From contig NW_003314287.1 of the NCBI RefSeq assembly GCF_000143415.4, positions 208,203-272,202 of the forward strand: a stretch of 64,000 nt of DNA. The letters run 5' to 3'. The translations under genes and the position numbers were made by a program. Shown here piece by piece: positions 59,936-64,000 of the stretch. The notes beneath the pieces were generated by a model. The model saw only the letters and a list, made by a program, of their open reading frames with translations, had not been told where the DNA came from and made no database searches. Positions within the stretch are counted from its first letter, which is position 1. The number at the start of each line of letters is the position of its first letter. The stretch is from Selaginella moellendorffii. Lineage: Eukaryota > Plantae > Lycopodiophyta.

Positions 59936-61971
59936 AGTGACATGAGGACAAGACATGGAAGTTCCAGATGAAAGCATGTATGGTATTTTAGAGTTGTTGA
60001 ATTGTGTGTATGCTGCTAGAATATTTACTCCTGAAGCTGTAATATCGGGCTGAACGAACAAAAAATCTTCAAAAACAACCGGGAGAAAACATTGACAAAC
60101 CTTTAGTATGTCTGGATCAATGATGTTGGGACCAGAGGATGAAAAAGGTGCCATGTAAGGAGCACACTTTTGATTTCTCAATGTTATCTGATGCTGTATA
60201 TCCGCTACAGGAAAGCTGCCAGGCACAAAGATAAAAAAACGAAAAGCAGAAAATAACAGTTTTACCTTGTAGATTTGATATATGAGAAGATGGCTTGTCC
60301 AACTCTTTGAAAGAAGAAACTCATTTTCTGGATTTTGATCAAATTCAAGAGTGGAGTTGCAAAAGATAATCCCAGCTCCACCAGCTTGAGAACCTTCGAA
60401 TGATTGGAATGCTAGATGCATTGGCCCTCTCAAGCATGCCACGATCTTGCCCTGGACTTTCTCGGGATCCAAAGACCGACCCATACACAATTGGCTGCAG
60501 CATTAATAGTTTTTTAACTCAAACTAGAGAGTAATAATTTTACCTGGCTGAAAAGTTGGAAGTTGGCAAGCCAACGTTCTTTGCTTAGTCAAAGAAACCA
60601 AGATAGTTAAATTTAAATAGTTCTTTATAAGTAATGAGAAATACTCGAAATGATTTATTGTTGCCAAGATAAAGGTCTCCAAAATAGGTTTGATCAATAG
60701 TGCTCGCTCCAACAGCGATAACCCAAGGGGCTACATTTTGCACCGAGCGAGGACCCAAATATCCAGCCGAAGACACCACCACAATGCCTTTCTGCATGTC
60801 ATGGAACGCACCAATCGACAGTGGCTGCTGTCCATCGATCGACGCACAAAAGATATCCACGCCATTGTGGATTCCCATATCAAAGGCGCTGAGAGTATGA
60901 GAACCCCGGGCACCGCACTATGCTGTCCGTAATGTTTCTCCAGCACATCTTATAGATTGCGAGGCGTGGAGCGCCACCCTTTGCAGTACCTTTTGCGTGG
61001 CCAAGCCAGTTGTGTTTTTTACGAATCGGTGCCCTTCAACATCTCTTGGAGAAAGAAGTTCTTGGTGTGCTTTTGCATAAGCCTTGGGACCATCTTGGAG
61101 GCCGTGGGAAAAGAATCTGGCACCGATAAGTTTCCTGAAAGACAAATGTTTAGCATACTATGTGATTCTTGAATTACTTGTTGCAGTGAGAAGTGTTGAA
61201 TTTCTCCCAAGTTCCTTTCCGCTCCTTTTTTTATCACGTTGGGTTTTTCCAGGACTATGGCCAGAGTCGGAAAGCTTTTCCGATCATGGTATGGGACCAA
61301 TCCCCAAAAGATAGTTCAAAGAGGGAAATACCTGAATCTAAAACACCAATGATAACGTCTTTGCAATATTTTGCTTCCTTCCATAGCCACGATGATTCAG
61401 TAGCTTCCAAAGAAAGAGTTCTTTCCAATAGAGGCCGAGAAACTCCCATGAGTTTGTGGTATGGACCGTGTGGATTTCATTGGGAAAAACGGACAACACG
61501 TTGGGGAGGCCTGCAATTGTGGATAAAATTTTAAAACTTCTAAGAGAGTTTACCAGAGATTCTAGCAGCTTGTTCTTCTGTTAGTCGAGCCGAGAAGCCA
61601 CTGAATCCATGCCTGTAGCTAAACCCCAGTGATTCTCTAGCAGCTTTGACACTGGCACACACGAATTTGGATGAATTCATACTCTTTTCAACTTTACCTT
61701 CCTAAAACGCCTTGAAGGAGTGCATGATGGGAGCTAGTAACAGCATCTGGATTTACCTTCCGAAAACGCCTTGAAGGAGTGCATGATGGGAGCTGTAACA
61801 GCATTTAGATGTAGCGATTTATCCACATTCCCCAAATAGACAATGTGGGTGTCTCGTCCCTGGAAATAAATTCAAACACAGGCTTACATAAGAAAAAGTA
61901 ATTAAACCTGAGAGATGGATGGACATGACACTTAAACTTAGAAGAAAGTATAGAATAACTGAGAGAGCCAT
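59936..61971 (-). pseudogene. Subtilisin-like protease (plant subtilase), 5' half
   Basis: Signal peptide MALSVILYFLLSLSV, I9 prodomain THIVYLG...YRHGFSGFSARLTEEQA, catalytic DVIIGVLDSG, SPRDVEGH, PA domain LDPEKVQGKIVAC, PDITASGVNILAA, SGTSMSCPHV. Short introns and frameshifts. Confidence 0.93.
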
Positions 61972-62089
61972 GAACTAATGAGATTTTTGATAGAAGATGT
62001 GATTATTTATATTGGAGACGATGAACGTTTCCAATGCTTGTGACGTGCACAATTTTTTATTCTAATGAAATACGACTAATTGTTAAGTA

Positions 62090-62450
62090 TGGATTGGACC
62101 CGAGGATGAAGAAGATGCCATGAGAGCATATCATTGAGACTGCTGTATGTCCGTTACATGGGAGCTGCAGCATTGATAGATCCTAAAACTTAACGACTCA
62201 CCTTGTTAGAGTCTAGATGCTTGAGACTGAAGGAAGAACTTTAAGTTGTGGTGATTGCATGCTTAAGGTGGGGTTCGGCCAGGAACTTCTTTGGAGTAAT
62301 GGACCCTCCCAGAACACGCAACAAAGAACAACTGGATTTGAATTATATTTCTCTAGCAAAGTTTTAGAGGTTACCAGAAATTCTAGCAGCTTGCTGAGAA
62401 GCCACAAAACCCATGGCTGTAGCTAAATCCCAGAGATTCTCTTGCTGGAA
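62090..62450 (-). pseudogene. Second, more decayed subtilase fragment
   Basis: 62365-62447 resembles the I9 exon at 61545-61650. 62095-62170 resembles 60130-60220. Confidence 0.65.
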
Positions 62451-62609
62451 ATTAATCAAAACCAAGCTAAATCAAAAGTGGAATGTTAAACGCTAAGCCA
62501 TTGGCAGCAGGCGATCTGGCGACCTGAAAATTACATTTGTATCTCATCGTCAACGCCGTTTGCCTCTCTTAAAAGTCACAATTACAAATTAATTACACTC
62601 CGTACGGCT

Positions 62610-63400
62610 CCCGCCTTCGTCTCCTCTCAACTGCAGGCAAGCCTCTCGTCCAGGACCTTTGCATCCATTTCGTCACTCCCCAATACCAAGGCGATCATCC
62701 AAGGCATCCTGGAGACGAAAAGGAGAGGTAGGAGACGCGGACTCGCTGCTGTGCCACGAATTCATGCTGGACGTGAACGATCCAAACGTTGCTTCATAGC
62801 CATGGAGCACGATCACCAGGGGTTGATCATGGCATTGCAAGATGGATCAAGAGGAGATCGACAGCGAAGTGGTTTTCCGCTCCGTCAACCTGGACGTGGA
62901 GGTGAGGAGAAAATGGCCGAGCTTTTGCTGTTATTGGGTCCCGTTCTTGCGCATGGAAGCAACGCTGTTCTTGGGATCGAAGTCGTCAGTGAGCTGAGCC
63001 AGCAGGGATTGAACAGATGCGAGTTGGAATTCCACCTGTGGGCGAAGTCATCCAAGCGCCCGATTCTACTATCGGTTTCTATTCATAGGACAATGTCGTA
63101 CGATCGCGTCGAAAACATGCCCGGCTATATATAGTCGCTTCTTTTAACCTAGGTTGCTGTTTAAGGTGAGGAGCTGACTACGGTTATTGCACATGTAAAA
63201 AGAACTTTCAGCTGGCATCTGGCAGACCCAAGCAAGAGTCTGCCATTCTCTGTGACGCCCTGCGAGTTCGATGCCGATACATTTAGGCACAGCAATCCTT
63301 AGTTTGTGACGATTGCCACTGGGCGATTGGATTTATCTCCAGGATCGACCAGCGGGCGATAGTTTTCAGGGACATGAGCCGCTTCCATTCTTACAAAGAT
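62610..63400 (+). pseudogene. Unidentified host gene family, paralog 2
   Basis: GTCAACCTGGACGTGGAGGTGAGGA and NAVLGIEVVSELSQQGLNRCELEFHLWAKSSKRP align with 38360-38530. Frameshifted. Confidence 0.6.
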
Positions 63401-63646
63401 GGAGCGTGCTCTTGCAACGATCACTGGTAGAAGTCGAGCGCTAACGTTAACGCGCCAGTTTTTAAATTTGAAACTAAGCATAGTTTTTATGCTTCCAACG
63501 GATCTAGGGCTGAGCCAGATCACTACTTTCAGTGCATTATTAGAGGGACAAGAAAGCAAACGAGAAGAAATCGATCTGTCTCCAGTAAGTGACGATGATC
63601 CTTTTTCTTTCATTCTTTTTTGCTGATGCCTGTGTTTGGTTTCAGT

Positions 63647-63979
63647 GGTGTTTCCCCGACAAAAAAGGTAGCAGCTATCTCTAGAGATGTTTTGCAAGAG
63701 AAGAGCGAGAAGATGGACGTCTCTCCAAAGCAAAACTTTGAGAAACGAGATGGCGATTCCTCTCAGTGGAACGAGCAGTTGAAGTGGCTGACAGAAAATT
63801 ACCGCCCTTTCAGCACAGTGAGAAGAAGCTACCGTGGACTCCTCATGCAAGCACTGGAAATAGTGGCGATCCCACTCCGAACTGGCTACTCGACAACAAG
63901 TATGTATCACCAGGTGATAGCTTCTGGGACGAGGCAATACGCGTCCTTGGGAGCAAGAAAAGTGACTGCTTGGAAGTGA
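63647..63979 (+). CDS. Hypothetical exon or gene fragment
   Basis: Open frame after a pyrimidine-rich TTTCAG acceptor-like site. No recognised motif. Confidence 0.25.
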   Translation, partial: GVSPTKKVAAISRDVLQEKSEKMDVSPKQNFEKRDGDSSQWNEQLKWLTENYRPFSTVRRSYRGLLMQALEIVAIPLRTGYSTTSMYHQVIASGTRQYASLGARKVTAWK

Positions 63980-64000
63980 AGTCGCGTATCAACCCTGACG

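Overview
Eukaryotic, land-plant DNA dominated by nested LTR retrotransposons. The plant-type rRNA fragments, short-intron subtilase and Tcn1-like chromovirus suggest a non-seed plant such as Selaginella; this is inference, not verified. Only one element looks intact: a Ty3/gypsy chromovirus (B1, 11873-17469, minus strand, TSD ATGGA) with gag, a -1 frameshift signal, pol with chromodomain, and a self-complementary non-tRNA primer site. It sits in the 3' LTR of a non-coding, LARD-like element (A1, 6991-18817, TSD ATTAA). The window also holds second copies of both families, several decayed gypsy elements and two TRIM families. One TRIM LTR carries a structure-preserving 5S rRNA segment, and another LTR contains a 25S rDNA fragment. 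Host genes are pseudogenes: a subtilase whose two halves lie 25 kb apart in opposite orientation, and two paralogs of an unidentified family. Family letters A-H are my own labels. All alignments were done by eye and no database searches were run.
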